Origin: an uncultured Chloroflexia bacterium
Lineage (GTDB): Bacteria; Chloroflexota; Chloroflexia; Thermomicrobiales; UBA6265
Direction of reading: 5' to 3'
Assembly: GCA_963724285.1 (NCBI GenBank)
Contig: CAVRUD010000018.1
Location: 37,173 to 101,172, forward strand
DNA: 64,000 nucleotides
This document shows positions 1-9,133 of the stretch, piece after piece. Position numbers and translations under genes: made by a program. The stretch's first letter is position 1. Each line of letters begins with the position of its first letter. The notes beneath the pieces were generated by a model. That model did not search any database and was not told the DNA's origin. It saw only the letters and a list, made by a program, of their open reading frames with translations.

Positions 1-77
1 CGGCCGCCGGGGACCTCCGCCACGTCCAACCACGCCTTGGCCACGTCGATCCCAAGGAAGCGCGCCGGCTCGCCCAT
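1..77 (-). mobile_element. IS110-family transposase gene, 5' end only (continues off the left edge)
   Basis: The reverse-strand ATG at 77..75 reads MGEPARFLGIDVAKAWLDVAEVPGG. The GIDV(A/S)K motif within the first ~15 residues is the N-terminal signature of IS110/IS1111 DEDD transposases. Only 25 codons are visible. Confidence 0.5.
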
Positions 78-605
78 CCTCGCCTCCTGTCCGCATCCTC
101 GTCGCTGTCCGGGGCTGCCCGGCGACCGCGCCGACCCTCGGCCTCGTTGATGCGGGCGTCCGTGAGCCCCAGGAACCGTTCGAGGGCGTCGCCGCGGGAC
201 CGGGCGGTGGCGTCGCGTCCTCACTCCGGCACGACCGTCGCCAGATCCAGGGACTTCACGGACGACGACACCACGACCACTACGACTATACGAGGGACTT
301 CGTCGGTTCAGCGCCAGGTTTCAACCCGGCGTCCGCCGCCGACCCGAGGTTTTGCTAGCCGCTCTAAGCATCCCACGGCCCCAAGCCCTCCGAAATTGGT
401 CAGATGACCAATAGGCATGCAACGCCTTCCCCGGCATGATCGATACAGGCATCACTGAGCGCCACCCGCGGCATCCGTTGATCTCACCGTGTGGCGGCGC
501 GGTGAGGTCTCCAGGTGGCTGCGGCGCGGTGGGCTCAGCCTCGCTTCACCGCGGCGGCGCTCGGCATGCCACTCGGCCGGCCGATCCAATCTTCGGGAGG
601 ATTCC

Positions 606-1382
606 ATGAACCGAGCCGTCGTCCGTTCCCTGATCCTTGCTGTTCTCTGCCTCTCCGCCATCGGCGGGATCGCCGGCCGATCCGCCGCCCAGGACGCCAC
701 ACCAGCAGCTGGGGGTGTGACCATCCTGCCGCCCGACGCGCTCGTCGGCGGCGCCACGCTCGGCGAGTGGTCCGGCCGGTGGTGGCAGTGGGCCGTCAGC
801 GTCCCCGAGGCGGCCAACCCCAACTTTGACGAGACCGCGGGGGAACGGTGCGGCTACGGCCAGCACGGCCCCGTCTTCTTCTTGCCCGGCTCGTTCACCC
901 CCGAGCCACCCGAGGTCATCACCTGCGTCGTGCCCACCGGCGTCGCCGTCTTCGTCGGCCTCGGCGGCGCCGAATGCTCGACCGTCGAGCCACCGCCCTT
1001 CTTCGGCCGCGACGAAGCGGAACTTGCCGCCTGCGCCGCCGCCAACATCGAGGCCATGACCGTATCGGCAACCATCGACGGCCAGGAGGTCGCCGATCTC
1101 GAACGGTACCGGTCGACCTCCCCGCTCTTCACCATGAACTTCCCCGAGGACAACTTCTTCGGCGTGCCGGCCGGGCCGGCCCAAGCGGTTGCCGTCGGCT
1201 ACAGTCTGATCCTTGCCCCTCTCCCGCCAGGCGAATACGTCATCGCCGGCAGCTCGGACTTCGGCGACGGCTCCGCGCCTTTGCAGGCCACCATCCGGGT
1301 CGTCGTCCAGGAGCCAGCCGTTATCGAGCCCTCCGCCTCGCCGGACGCCGGCACTCCAGACGCGGCGACACCGACTGCCTGA
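606..1382 (+). CDS. Secreted hypothetical protein with a Sec-type signal peptide
   Basis: Lies within ORF 489..1382. An internal ATG at 606 is preceded by GGGAGG (594..599). The N-terminus MNRAVVRSLILAVLCLSAIGGIAGRSAAQDATP looks like a signal peptide. No family recognised. Confidence 0.6.
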   Translation: MNRAVVRSLILAVLCLSAIGGIAGRSAAQDATPAAGGVTILPPDALVGGATLGEWSGRWWQWAVSVPEAANPNFDETAGERCGYGQHGPVFFLPGSFTPEPPEVITCVVPTGVAVFVGLGGAECSTVEPPPFFGRDEAELAACAAANIEAMTVSATIDGQEVADLERYRSTSPLFTMNFPEDNFFGVPAGPAQAVAVGYSLILAPLPPGEYVIAGSSDFGDGSAPLQATIRVVVQEPAVIEPSASPDAGTPDAATPTA

Positions 1383-1969
1383 CACGCTGCCTAGGGCCTG
1401 TTGTGGACTCTTAGACGATGGCCAGGAGCGCGGGAGGGCCTGGTGGACGGTGAGGTGGGCGAAGGCGACGTAGGCGATGTCATCGTGATTGTCGGCGTGG
1501 GGATGCTTGAGACCTACCTGCGACGGCGTGACACCGGAATGCGCGTTGCGCAGGAACAGCCCGCCGTTGCAACTCGGGGGTGCACCGGGTGCAGCTCCCT
1601 AAACCCACACCTGGAGCGCTCTGGCCAGGAGCTGGCCGTAATCTGGCTGGGCGCCATAGGCCGCGCAGTACCAAGCGGCAGGGTTCGGTTCGCAGTACTC
1701 CCCGCGCAGGCGTGCCACCTTGCGGATGAGATCAAGCATCACCTCCTGCCGGTTGGTCCGCCTAACGGGTCCACGACCTCGGGCGCCGCGCTCGCGCGGT
1801 CTAGGTCGTGGCACCCGCCTGGACCGCCCGAGGCGGTAGAAACCACGGTCTGGTGCCCCAGTCCGACCGCGTTGGGCTAGGCCATTATTCCTAGGACGTA
1901 TGGTACTATTGGACCGCACACCATATTCCACCCGACAGGTTGGCGATGATGCTGATGGAGGCAAGCACC

Positions 1970-2734
1970 ATGGACGGACAGCGCTTTGATCGATGGACGC
2001 GCTCGCTGGCGCGTGGGCAGTCGCGGCGGAGCGTCCTCCGGCTGATCGGTGCCGGGACAGTTGGCGCGGCGCTGAGCGTGCTCGGTGCCCGCGGCGGGGC
2101 CGGCGCCCAGGAGGCCTGCCTCGACGCTGGAGACCTGTGTACCTCCGACGCGCAATGTTGCGGGAGCGGTACCGGTCGGTGCTTGACGGATCCCAACAGC
2201 GGAAGCACGTACTGCGAGTTCCAACCCATAGGCGGTCCCTGCAGCGACGTCTTCGAGTGCGTTGGCGGTCTGTGCTTTGCTCAGTGCGTCAACAACATCT
2301 GCGAGGCGTATTGCCACGCCGAGGGCGTCGGGTGCAGGAACTGCGGCACGTGCTGCCCGGGCCTCGTGTGCGACACCTCCGTCAACCCCCTCGAGGGTCC
2401 TCAGGTGTGCGTCCGGGCGACCCCAACGACTCCGCCGCCGACCACCGCGCCACCAACCACAGCACCGCCGACGACTGCGCCGCCGCCGACGACTGCGCCG
2501 CCGCCGACCACCGCGCCGCCGACCACCGCGCCGCCACCGACCACGCCGCCACCGACCACGGCCCCACCGACCACCGCGCCGCCGCGTGATCGTGGCGCGG
2601 CGGCGCGGCAGCGGGCGGCCGAGGCGCGGGCAGCGGCCGAGGCGCGAGCGGAGGCGGCGCGGCAGCGGGCGGCCGAGATGCGAGCGGCGGCGGAGGCGCG
2701 AGCTGAGGAGGCGCGGCGGAGGCGCTACCGGTAG
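1970..2734 (+). CDS. Tat-signal, cysteine-rich secreted protein with two knottin-like Cys modules, a Pro/Thr linker and an Arg/Ala/Glu-rich tail
   Basis: Lies within ORF 1940..2734. The ATG at 1970 follows GGAGG. The N-terminus MDGQRFDRWTRSLARGQSRRSVLRLIGAG has a twin-arginine signal. The first Cys module is C-x6-C-x5-CC-x6-C-x10-C, and a second Cys-rich block ends GCRNCGTCCPGLVCD. These are followed by (PPTTA)n and AARQRAAEARAAAEARAE x2. Confidence 0.65.
   Translation: MDGQRFDRWTRSLARGQSRRSVLRLIGAGTVGAALSVLGARGGAGAQEACLDAGDLCTSDAQCCGSGTGRCLTDPNSGSTYCEFQPIGGPCSDVFECVGGLCFAQCVNNICEAYCHAEGVGCRNCGTCCPGLVCDTSVNPLEGPQVCVRATPTTPPPTTAPPTTAPPTTAPPPTTAPPPTTAPPTTAPPPTTPPPTTAPPTTAPPRDRGAAARQRAAEARAAAEARAEAARQRAAEMRAAAEARAEEARRRRYR
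2423..2585 (+). repeat. In-frame tandem repeat coding for the PTTAPP-type Pro/Thr linker
   Basis: Repeated ccgccgaccaccgcg / ccgccgacgactgcg units, translated as TTPPPTTAPPTTAPPTTAPPPTTAPPPTT... Confidence 0.85.
2600..2707 (+). repeat. Two tandem 54-bp units coding for an 18-aa Arg/Ala/Glu helix-like repeat
   Basis: Both unit 1 (2600..2653) and unit 2 (2654..2707) start gcggcgcggcagcgggcggccgag. The translations are AARQRAAEARAAAEARAE and AARQRAAEMRAAAEARAE. Confidence 0.8.
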
Positions 2735-2890
2735 CGCCTCCGCCGCTCGCCGAGTCCGACCACGAGGCTGACCGTCACCGTTCCGGCGGACGCGGAGGTG
2801 ATGCAGGTCGTCTCCCAGGTGGACAGCGACGTGCAGCAGCTCTACCTGCTCGCTGATCTGACTGATGGATCATCGTTAGGAGGAACCCCT

Positions 2891-3526
2891 ATGCGCCGCG
2901 GAATAGCACTCATCCTCGTCAGTTTCCTGCTCGTCACCGTCACGGCCGCCGGCCGAGTTCCGACCTTTGCCCAGGAGGCCACTCCAGCAGTCTCCGATGC
3001 CGGACGAGATGTCCCAGATCCTACCGAATGCACCGTCGCTCCGCGCTCGCCCGAGTCGCTGGAAGTCATCAACGCGACGCCGGTCACGGGGGTCGCGCCG
3101 ACGCCGCCCACCGTGCCGTTCGGCGCACCGGATGGGATCCAAGCAGGCCCCGAGGACGCCGCCGCGATCACCGCCGCCATCCGCATGGAGTGGGCCTGCC
3201 TCAATGCCAACGACTTCCCGCGCACCTTTGCGCTCTACACCGACGATCTCCTCCGGCGCCTGATGCCCCCGGAAGACCTTGCGAACCTGATGGCCCCTCC
3301 GTCCGAAGGCACGCCCGCCCCGGTCCCGGCGGCCGAGCAAACGGCCCTCTTCGCCGTCCTCGACATCGAGGTGCTGGGCGATAACCGGGCTGGCGCATTC
3401 GTGATCGTCGACACCTTCAACGATCCGCTTCCGGTCGAGATCAACTACTACCTGCTCGTGAAGCAAGACGGCACCTGGTTGATGGACGACTTCCTCTGCT
3501 ACGCCGAAGACGGCACCTTCTGCTGA
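2891..3526 (+). CDS. Secreted hypothetical protein, possibly with an NTF2/SnoaL-like fold (weak)
   Basis: Lies within ORF 2798..3526. The ATG at 2891 follows GGAGGA. The signal peptide is MRRGIALILVSFLLVTVTAAGRVPTFAQEATP. It shares the AQ(D/E)ATPA motif after the signal peptide with the 606..1382 protein. Confidence 0.55.
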   Translation: MRRGIALILVSFLLVTVTAAGRVPTFAQEATPAVSDAGRDVPDPTECTVAPRSPESLEVINATPVTGVAPTPPTVPFGAPDGIQAGPEDAAAITAAIRMEWACLNANDFPRTFALYTDDLLRRLMPPEDLANLMAPPSEGTPAPVPAAEQTALFAVLDIEVLGDNRAGAFVIVDTFNDPLPVEINYYLLVKQDGTWLMDDFLCYAEDGTFC

Positions 3527-3570
3527 TCCTGACCGACCGGCGAACCTCGCTTCTCAATCGAAAGCTTTCG

Positions 3571-3603
3571 CACGGCCCCGGACACTACTCGTCCGGGGCC
3601 GTG
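3571..3603. terminator. GC-rich hairpin between convergent genes (candidate bidirectional terminator)
   Basis: The sequence cacggccccggac-actactc-gtccggggccgtg forms a 13-bp perfect stem with a 7-nt loop. It lies between the stop of 2891..3526 (+) and the stop of vapC (-). Confidence 0.5.
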
Positions 3604-3622
3604 CCGTGTGCCCGCCGCAGAG

Positions 3623-4051
3623 TCAATCTAGAACCGTCGACCATGGATTAATCACAAGTGGCCCCAGATCTGCGAAATGACGAACGTTGCGCGTTGCAAC
3701 GGCCGCCCCGTGGGCACGCGCGATGCCGGCGATCTGGATATCACGCAAGTCATCCGTGAACCCTTGTTTGCGCCGATCCGCGGACAACGTGCCTGCTTCC
3801 AGCGCCGATGCCTCATCGAGCGGGAGGATCCGTCCTCGGAAATCGTCGTTCAGCACCCCGTCGAACGCCGCCTCTAGAAACCGCCGACGTCGTCCCTCAG
3901 GCATCAGGCTGAGCCCGAGCCGGATCTCGAACACCGTCACCGCCGTGATCCAGATTTCCGCCGGGTCGATCCCATTCAGCCACGCGACCACAGTGCTGTC
4001 CGGCTCCTGCGGGATCACGGCAGACAGCACATTCGTATCGAGCACGATCAC
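3623..4051 (-). CDS. vapC: PIN-domain toxin (VapC/FitB-like)
   Basis: The translation reads VIVLDTNVLSAV...DLRDIQIAGIARAHGAAVATRNVRHFADLG, which has the typical PIN acidic residues. The GTG at 4051..4049 overlaps the antitoxin stop by 4 nt (GTGA). Confidence 0.8.
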   Translation of the reverse strand: MIVLDTNVLSAVIPQEPDSTVVAWLNGIDPAEIWITAVTVFEIRLGLSLMPEGRRRRFLEAAFDGVLNDDFRGRILPLDEASALEAGTLSADRRKQGFTDDLRDIQIAGIARAHGAAVATRNVRHFADLGPLVINPWSTVLD

Positions 4052-4362
4052 CGCGGTCGACTTACTTCGTCGTCCTCGTCCTCGTCCCAATCATTCAAGA
4101 ACTCTTCAAATGGAAACGGTCGCATTGGCGCGGTACGAATCTCCTCAATAACGAACGGCGGCCCGGCCAGTCCCGCAAACCGCCTGGAGATTCGCGTGCC
4201 CAGCCCTTCAGTCACGCTCCCCTCGACTGCCTCCTCACCCGCCACCGCCTCGCTCAAGATTTCCTGGGCTTCTTCTTCGACGCTGTGGCCATGCCGCGCT
4301 GCCCGCCGCTCTAGCCGCTCCTGCACCTCGTCATCCAACTCGTGCAGCACAAGTTCCGCCAT
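4048..4362 (-). CDS. vapB: RHH antitoxin (VapB/FitA-like)
   Basis: MAELVLHELDDEVQERLERRAARHGHSVEEEAQEIL is the Arc/MetJ-type N-terminus seen in FitA/StbC-like antitoxins. It lies immediately upstream of vapC and is translationally coupled to it. Confidence 0.7.
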   Translation of the reverse strand: MAELVLHELDDEVQERLERRAARHGHSVEEEAQEILSEAVAGEEAVEGSVTEGLGTRISRRFAGLAGPPFVIEEIRTAPMRPFPFEEFLNDWDEDEDDEVSRPR

Positions 4363-4500
4363 CTCATGCTCCTCTTAGTGACACGCGCCCAATTTCAACG
4401 ATATCACCGATCAAACGCGTCGGCAGCCCCAGCGTAACACCCAAACTTCGGCTACTCTCACGACTCACGTCCCATGCCCCACGTCTCCCCGGAGGCCCCC

Positions 4501-5700
4501 ATGATCGTCACCAAAGTCGAAACCCTGCGCCTCGACGAATTCCCGAATCTGCTCTGGCTCCAGGTCCACACCGACGAAGGTCTTATTGGCCTCGGCGAGA
4601 CCTTCTTCGGGGCCCAGGCGGTCGAAGCGTATATCCACGAGACCCTCGCCCCGTATCTCCTGGGGAAAAATCCCCTCCAGATCGACCTCCACGCCCGCAA
4701 TCTCTACGGCTACCTCGGCTACCGCTCCTCCGGTGCCGAGACCCGTGGCAACTCCGCCCTGGATATCGCCCTCTGGGACCTCTTCGGCAAGGTCACCAAC
4801 CAGCCGATCTACCAACTGCTCGGCGGGGCCTTTCGCGACCGCATTCGCACCTACAACACCTGCGCCGGCTACTACTACGTCCGGGCCAAACCCCAGCAGT
4901 TGGTCGAGAACTGGGGATTGGGCCACGGCAAAGAGGTCGGCCCCTACGAGGATCTGGAGGCCTTCCTCCACCGCGCCGACGAACTCGCGGTCGACCTGCT
5001 CGAATCGGGCATCACCGGCATGAAGATCTGGCCGTTCGATCCCTACGCCGAAGCCTCCAACGGCACCTACATCTCCAACGCCGACCTCGACACCGCCCTG
5101 GAGCCCTTCCGCAAGATCCGCCAGGCCGTCGGCATGCAGATGGACATCATGGTCGAGTTCCACTCGCTGTGGAACCTGCCCACCGCCAAGCGGATCGCCC
5201 ACGCCCTGGAGGAGTTCGAGCCCTTCTGGTTCGAGGACCCGATCAAGGCCGACAACATGGACGCCCTCGCCGACTTCGCCGCCAGCACCCACGTCCCGAC
5301 CACCATCAGCGAGACGATGACCGGCCGCTGGTCCTTCCGCGAAGCCCTGGAGTGCGGCGCCGTCGGGGTGGCAATGCTCGACATCTCCTGGGTCGGCGGC
5401 ATCTCCGAGGCGAAGAAGATCGCCACCATGGCCGAGGCCTACCAGATTCCCGTCGCCCCGCACGACTGCACCGGCCCGGTCGTCCTCGTCGCCTCGACCC
5501 ACCTCTCGATCAACGCCCCCAACGCCTTGATCCAGGAGTCGGTCCGCGCCTTCTACACCGGCTGGTACACCGAAGTCGCCACCGCCCTCCCCGACGTCGC
5601 CAACGGCACCATCGCCCCACCGCCCGGCCCTGGCCTCGGCATGGAACTCAAATCCGGACTCTTCGACCGCCCGGATGCGCACCGCCGGGTGAGCACGTAG
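4501..5700 (+). CDS. Enolase-superfamily enzyme (mandelate racemase / muconate lactonizing family, sugar-acid dehydratase-like)
   Basis: An uninterrupted ORF. The ATG at 4501 follows GGAGG. The N-terminus MIVTKVETLRLDEFPNLLWLQVHTDEGLIGLGETF and the overall length fit the MR/MLE family. Confidence 0.8.
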   Translation: MIVTKVETLRLDEFPNLLWLQVHTDEGLIGLGETFFGAQAVEAYIHETLAPYLLGKNPLQIDLHARNLYGYLGYRSSGAETRGNSALDIALWDLFGKVTNQPIYQLLGGAFRDRIRTYNTCAGYYYVRAKPQQLVENWGLGHGKEVGPYEDLEAFLHRADELAVDLLESGITGMKIWPFDPYAEASNGTYISNADLDTALEPFRKIRQAVGMQMDIMVEFHSLWNLPTAKRIAHALEEFEPFWFEDPIKADNMDALADFAASTHVPTTISETMTGRWSFREALECGAVGVAMLDISWVGGISEAKKIATMAEAYQIPVAPHDCTGPVVLVASTHLSINAPNALIQESVRAFYTGWYTEVATALPDVANGTIAPPPGPGLGMELKSGLFDRPDAHRRVST

Positions 5701-5820
5701 TCATCCCGAAGGATCGGCGCCCGCCCGATGGCCCTCAAGACCCGGCGCTCTATGTTCGCCGCGACCGGGCCAGCCCATGACGATCGAGCCTCCGCCCCCT
5801 CACGATGGCCCTCGCCTCCC

Positions 5821-5958
5821 GACCGCGTCACCGACCAGGCCGCCCTCGTCGCCGACGTCCGCCGCTACCTCGCCGACCTCGCCGCTGCCGGCACTACTCC
5901 TCGTCCTCCTCGAAGACGTCCATTGGACCGATCCCGCCAGCATCGACCTCCTCGGCGG
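5821..5958 (+). pseudogene. Short fragment of an ATPase-LuxR (LAL) regulator
   Basis: Nucleotide-level similarity to 12076..12207 inside the 11711..14755 gene. Translated pieces are RVTDQAALVADVRRYLADLAAA, and after a frame change LLLVLLEDVHWTDPASIDLL. There is no start codon and no flanking remainder of the gene. Confidence 0.6.
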
Positions 5959-6076
5959 AACAGGCGTTGGCGATCGCGCCCCGCTCTCACCTACCCGGCC
6001 GTCGGACTCGGCACGTGCCTCGGCCCGGCCCCGGATCCATTGACCGCCCACGGGCGGCGAGCCTATCGTAGCGACC

Positions 6077-8770
6077 ATGGAACCACTCGAACGCGCGGGT
6101 CTCCTTGGCGACCTCACCGGCCTCCTCCGCGACGCGGCGGCGGGGCACGGTCGTTTGGTGCTGCTCGGCGGCGAGGCCGGTGTCGGCAAGACCGCCGTCG
6201 TCCGCTCCTTCGCCGCGGCCGCTCCCGGTCTTGATCGTGGTCTGCGGGTGGTCGTCGGCGCATGCGACTCGCTCTCGACCCCGCGTCCACTCGCTCCCCT
6301 CACCGACATCGCTCACCTGCTCGGCGGCGAGGTGCGGCGGGTGCTGGAGGCTGACGGCCGGCGGGGCGACGTCTTCGCGGCCGTCCTCGCCGCGCTTGGA
6401 ACCGGGAACCCGCCGGCCCTGGTCGTGTTCGAGGACGTCCACTGGGCGGACGAGGCGACCCTCGACCTGCTGAAGTTCCTAGGGCGCCGGATCGGGTCGA
6501 CCCGGGCGCTGCTCGTCGCCACCTACCGCGACGACGAGATCGGACCCACCCACCCGCTGCGGGTCACGCTCGGTACGCTGGCAACCAGCGCGGACGTCCG
6601 GAGGATGGGAGTTTCACCGTTATCGGCGGGCGCGGTCCGCGAGTTGGCGGCCGGCAGCGGGCTGGATGCGGCCGCGCTGCACCGCCAGACCGGAGGCAAC
6701 CCGTTCTTCGTGACGGAGGTGCTCGCCTCCGGCGGCGGCATCCCGGCGACGGTGCGGGACGCGGTGCTCGCCCGGGTGGCCCCCCTCTCGGCCCCGGCGC
6801 GAGCCGCCCTCGACGCGGCGGCGGTGATCGGTTCGCCGGTGGACCCCGCCCTGCTTGAGCAGGTCGCGGCACCGGCGCTCGACGCGATCGATGAGTGCCT
6901 GACGGTCGGGGTCCTCCGCGCCGAGGGACCCGCCCTCGCCTTCCGGCACGAGCTGGCGCGGGAAGCGGTCCTGGACGCGATCTCCCCGCCCCGCCGGGCC
7001 GCCCTGCACGCCCGGGTGGTCGCGGCCCTGGCGGCAGCCCCGATCGAGCGGCGCGACCCGGCGCGGCTCGCGCACCACGCCGAGGCAGCGGGCGACGGGC
7101 CGGCGGTGCTGCGTTACGCGCCGATCGCGGCACGGCAGGCGACGGCGCTGCGGGCGAACCGGGAAGCGGTGGCGCAATACGCCCGGGCGTTGCGCTTCGG
7201 CGGGGACCTGCCCGACGAGGAGCGACTGGCGCTCCTGGAGGCGTATGCCGAGGTCTCCGACCTTGCCGACCAAGGCCCGGCGGGGATCGGCCCGCGCCAG
7301 GAGATGATCGAGCTCGCACGGCGCACCGGAGACCGTCTGAAGGAGGCCGAGCATCTAGGATGGCTGGCGATCACCCTCGACACGGTCGAACACAGTACCG
7401 CCGCGGAGCGGCTGGTCAGCACCGCACTCGCGGCCCTCGAGGGGGCGCCGGAAGGCCCAGCGCACGCGCGGGTGTACCACCAAGTTGCCGAGTTCTGGAA
7501 GTCCCGCCGCGCTCTCGCCGAGGCGGTCGTCTGGAGTGAGCGCGCGATCAGCCTGGCCGAGCGAATCGGCGACGGCCAAACGCTGATCCTGGGACTCAAC
7601 ACGCTTGGCGGGACGCGGCTGGTTGGCGGCGATGTGGAGCGGGGCCGCGCCGACCTCGAGCGGAGCCTCCGCCTCGCGCGTGAGGACGGGGACGACGGGT
7701 TGGTGGCGCACGCCTTGGCCGACCTCGGGTCTGGACACTGCGAGTCCTTCCGGTTCGTCGAGGCGGATCGCTACCTCACCGAGACAATCGCCTACGCGAC
7801 CGAGCACGACCTTCCCGGAAGGTGGCACGACTGGGCCGTCGCCTGGCTCGCCCTCACGCGCCTCTTCCAGGGACGTTGGACGGAGGCGACGCACCTCGCC
7901 GCCACCATCCTTCGCGTCCCCACTGCCGCCACCCGTGCGGCCGATACCCCCGCCCCAGGCGCCGTTTTGGCCTCGTTCGAGCCCCCCCTGTACCTGAGGA
8001 TTCAGGCGCTCATCGCGCTCGGCCGGGTTCGGTCGCGGCGCGGCGATCCAGAGGTCGCGGCCATCCTCGACGAGGCATTGGCGCTTTCGCCGCAGCACGG
8101 CCCGCTCCAGTTCGTCGGCTCCATCCACGCCGCGCGGGCGGAGGCGGCCTGGTTGGCCGGCGACCGGGAGCGGACCCGGGTGGAGGCCCGGGCTGTCTTC
8201 GATCTGGTCGTCCGGCAGGGGCTCCGGTGGAGCATCGGCGAGGTGGCGTACTGGCTGTGGCGGACCGGTGATCTCGTCGTCCCGCCTCCCGATGCGGCCT
8301 CGCCATTCGCGCTGCAGATCGGGGGGGAGTGGGCGGCGGCCGCCGCCCACTGGCGCGAGCTGGGCTGCCCCTACGAGGCCGCACGGGCGTTGGCCGAGGG
8401 CGGGGACGAGCCGGCCGTCCGCGAGGCGCTGGCCGAGTTCGAGCGCCTCGGTGCACGTCCGGCCGCGGCCGCGGCGGCGCGGCGGCTGCGGGAGCTCGGG
8501 GCGCACGACATCCCCCGCGGCCCGCGGCCCGCCACCCGCGCCAACCCGGCCGGCCTCACCGCCCGGGAGGTCGAGGTGCTGCGCCTCATCGCCGCCGGCC
8601 TCCGCAACGCGGAGATCGCCGAACGGCTCTCCCTCTCGTCGAAAACCGTCGACCACCACGTCTCCGCCGCGCTCGCGAAGCTGGGGTCGCGATCGCGCTC
8701 GGAGGCCGTACAGGCGGCGGCCCGCCTCGGCGCCCTCGACCAAAATGGGGAGCCGCCGCCGCCAAGATAG
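6077..8770 (+). CDS. Large ATP-binding LuxR-family regulator (LAL type)
   Basis: An 897-aa uninterrupted ORF with an N-terminal P-loop (GGEAGVGKTA), a long helical/TPR-like middle region, and the C-terminal LuxR HTH LTAREVEVLRLIAAGLRNAEIAERLSLSSKTVDHHVSAALAKLG. Confidence 0.85.
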   Translation: MEPLERAGLLGDLTGLLRDAAAGHGRLVLLGGEAGVGKTAVVRSFAAAAPGLDRGLRVVVGACDSLSTPRPLAPLTDIAHLLGGEVRRVLEADGRRGDVFAAVLAALGTGNPPALVVFEDVHWADEATLDLLKFLGRRIGSTRALLVATYRDDEIGPTHPLRVTLGTLATSADVRRMGVSPLSAGAVRELAAGSGLDAAALHRQTGGNPFFVTEVLASGGGIPATVRDAVLARVAPLSAPARAALDAAAVIGSPVDPALLEQVAAPALDAIDECLTVGVLRAEGPALAFRHELAREAVLDAISPPRRAALHARVVAALAAAPIERRDPARLAHHAEAAGDGPAVLRYAPIAARQATALRANREAVAQYARALRFGGDLPDEERLALLEAYAEVSDLADQGPAGIGPRQEMIELARRTGDRLKEAEHLGWLAITLDTVEHSTAAERLVSTALAALEGAPEGPAHARVYHQVAEFWKSRRALAEAVVWSERAISLAERIGDGQTLILGLNTLGGTRLVGGDVERGRADLERSLRLAREDGDDGLVAHALADLGSGHCESFRFVEADRYLTETIAYATEHDLPGRWHDWAVAWLALTRLFQGRWTEATHLAATILRVPTAATRAADTPAPGAVLASFEPPLYLRIQALIALGRVRSRRGDPEVAAILDEALALSPQHGPLQFVGSIHAARAEAAWLAGDRERTRVEARAVFDLVVRQGLRWSIGEVAYWLWRTGDLVVPPPDAASPFALQIGGEWAAAAAHWRELGCPYEAARALAEGGDEPAVREALAEFERLGARPAAAAAARRLRELGAHDIPRGPRPATRANPAGLTAREVEVLRLIAAGLRNAEIAERLSLSSKTVDHHVSAALAKLGSRSRSEAVQAAARLGALDQNGEPPPPR

Positions 8771-8859
8771 GTGCTTCTCCCGATGAGCGCCGCAGGCCGC
8801 GCCCCCATGATGGTGGTGGCCGGACGATCCGGCCAGGGTCTCACCAAGGAGGCGCGAGC

Positions 8860-9133
8860 ATGGCGCGGTATCTGGTCGAACGGACCTTCCCCGATGGTCT
8901 GGCGATCCCCATGACGACCGAGGGAGCGGCCACCTGCCTGGGGATGGTCGATCGCAACGGGCGAGGTGGGCGTCACCTGGCTCCACTCCTACGTCAGCGA
9001 CGACAAGCAGACCAGCTTCTGCGTCTACGAAGGACCCGACCCGGAGGCGATCCGCCGGGCCGCCGAGCGCAACGGCCTCCCGGTCGACCGGATCACCCGG
9101 GTCTCGGTCCTCGACCCGTACTTCTACCGGTAG
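8860..9133 (+). pseudogene. DUF4242-like small protein, one frame disruption
   Basis: The ATG at 8860 follows AAGGAGG. MARYLVERTFPDGLAIPMTTEGAATCLGMVDRN shifts frame at about 8958..8962 (extra G in acgggcgagg). It then continues as VGVTWLHSYVSDDKQTSFCVYEGPDPEAIRRAAERNGLPVDRITRVSVLDPYFYR to the TAG at 9131. Confidence 0.7.

Noticed and set aside
147-407. An 86-aa + strand ORF in the region upstream of the IS110 transposase start.
   Set aside because: It has a low-complexity Arg/Ser/Thr-rich translation and no RBS. It lies in the presumed non-coding end of the IS element.
1400-1770. Reverse-strand fragments (MLDLIRKVARLRGEYCEPNPAAWYCAAYGAQPDYGQLLARAL; GGLFLRNAHSGVTPSQVGLKHPHADNHDDIAYVAFAHL) that might be one frame-shifted gene.
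   Set aside because: I could not recognise a family or define the start and stop. It may be another decayed gene, but the evidence is insufficient.
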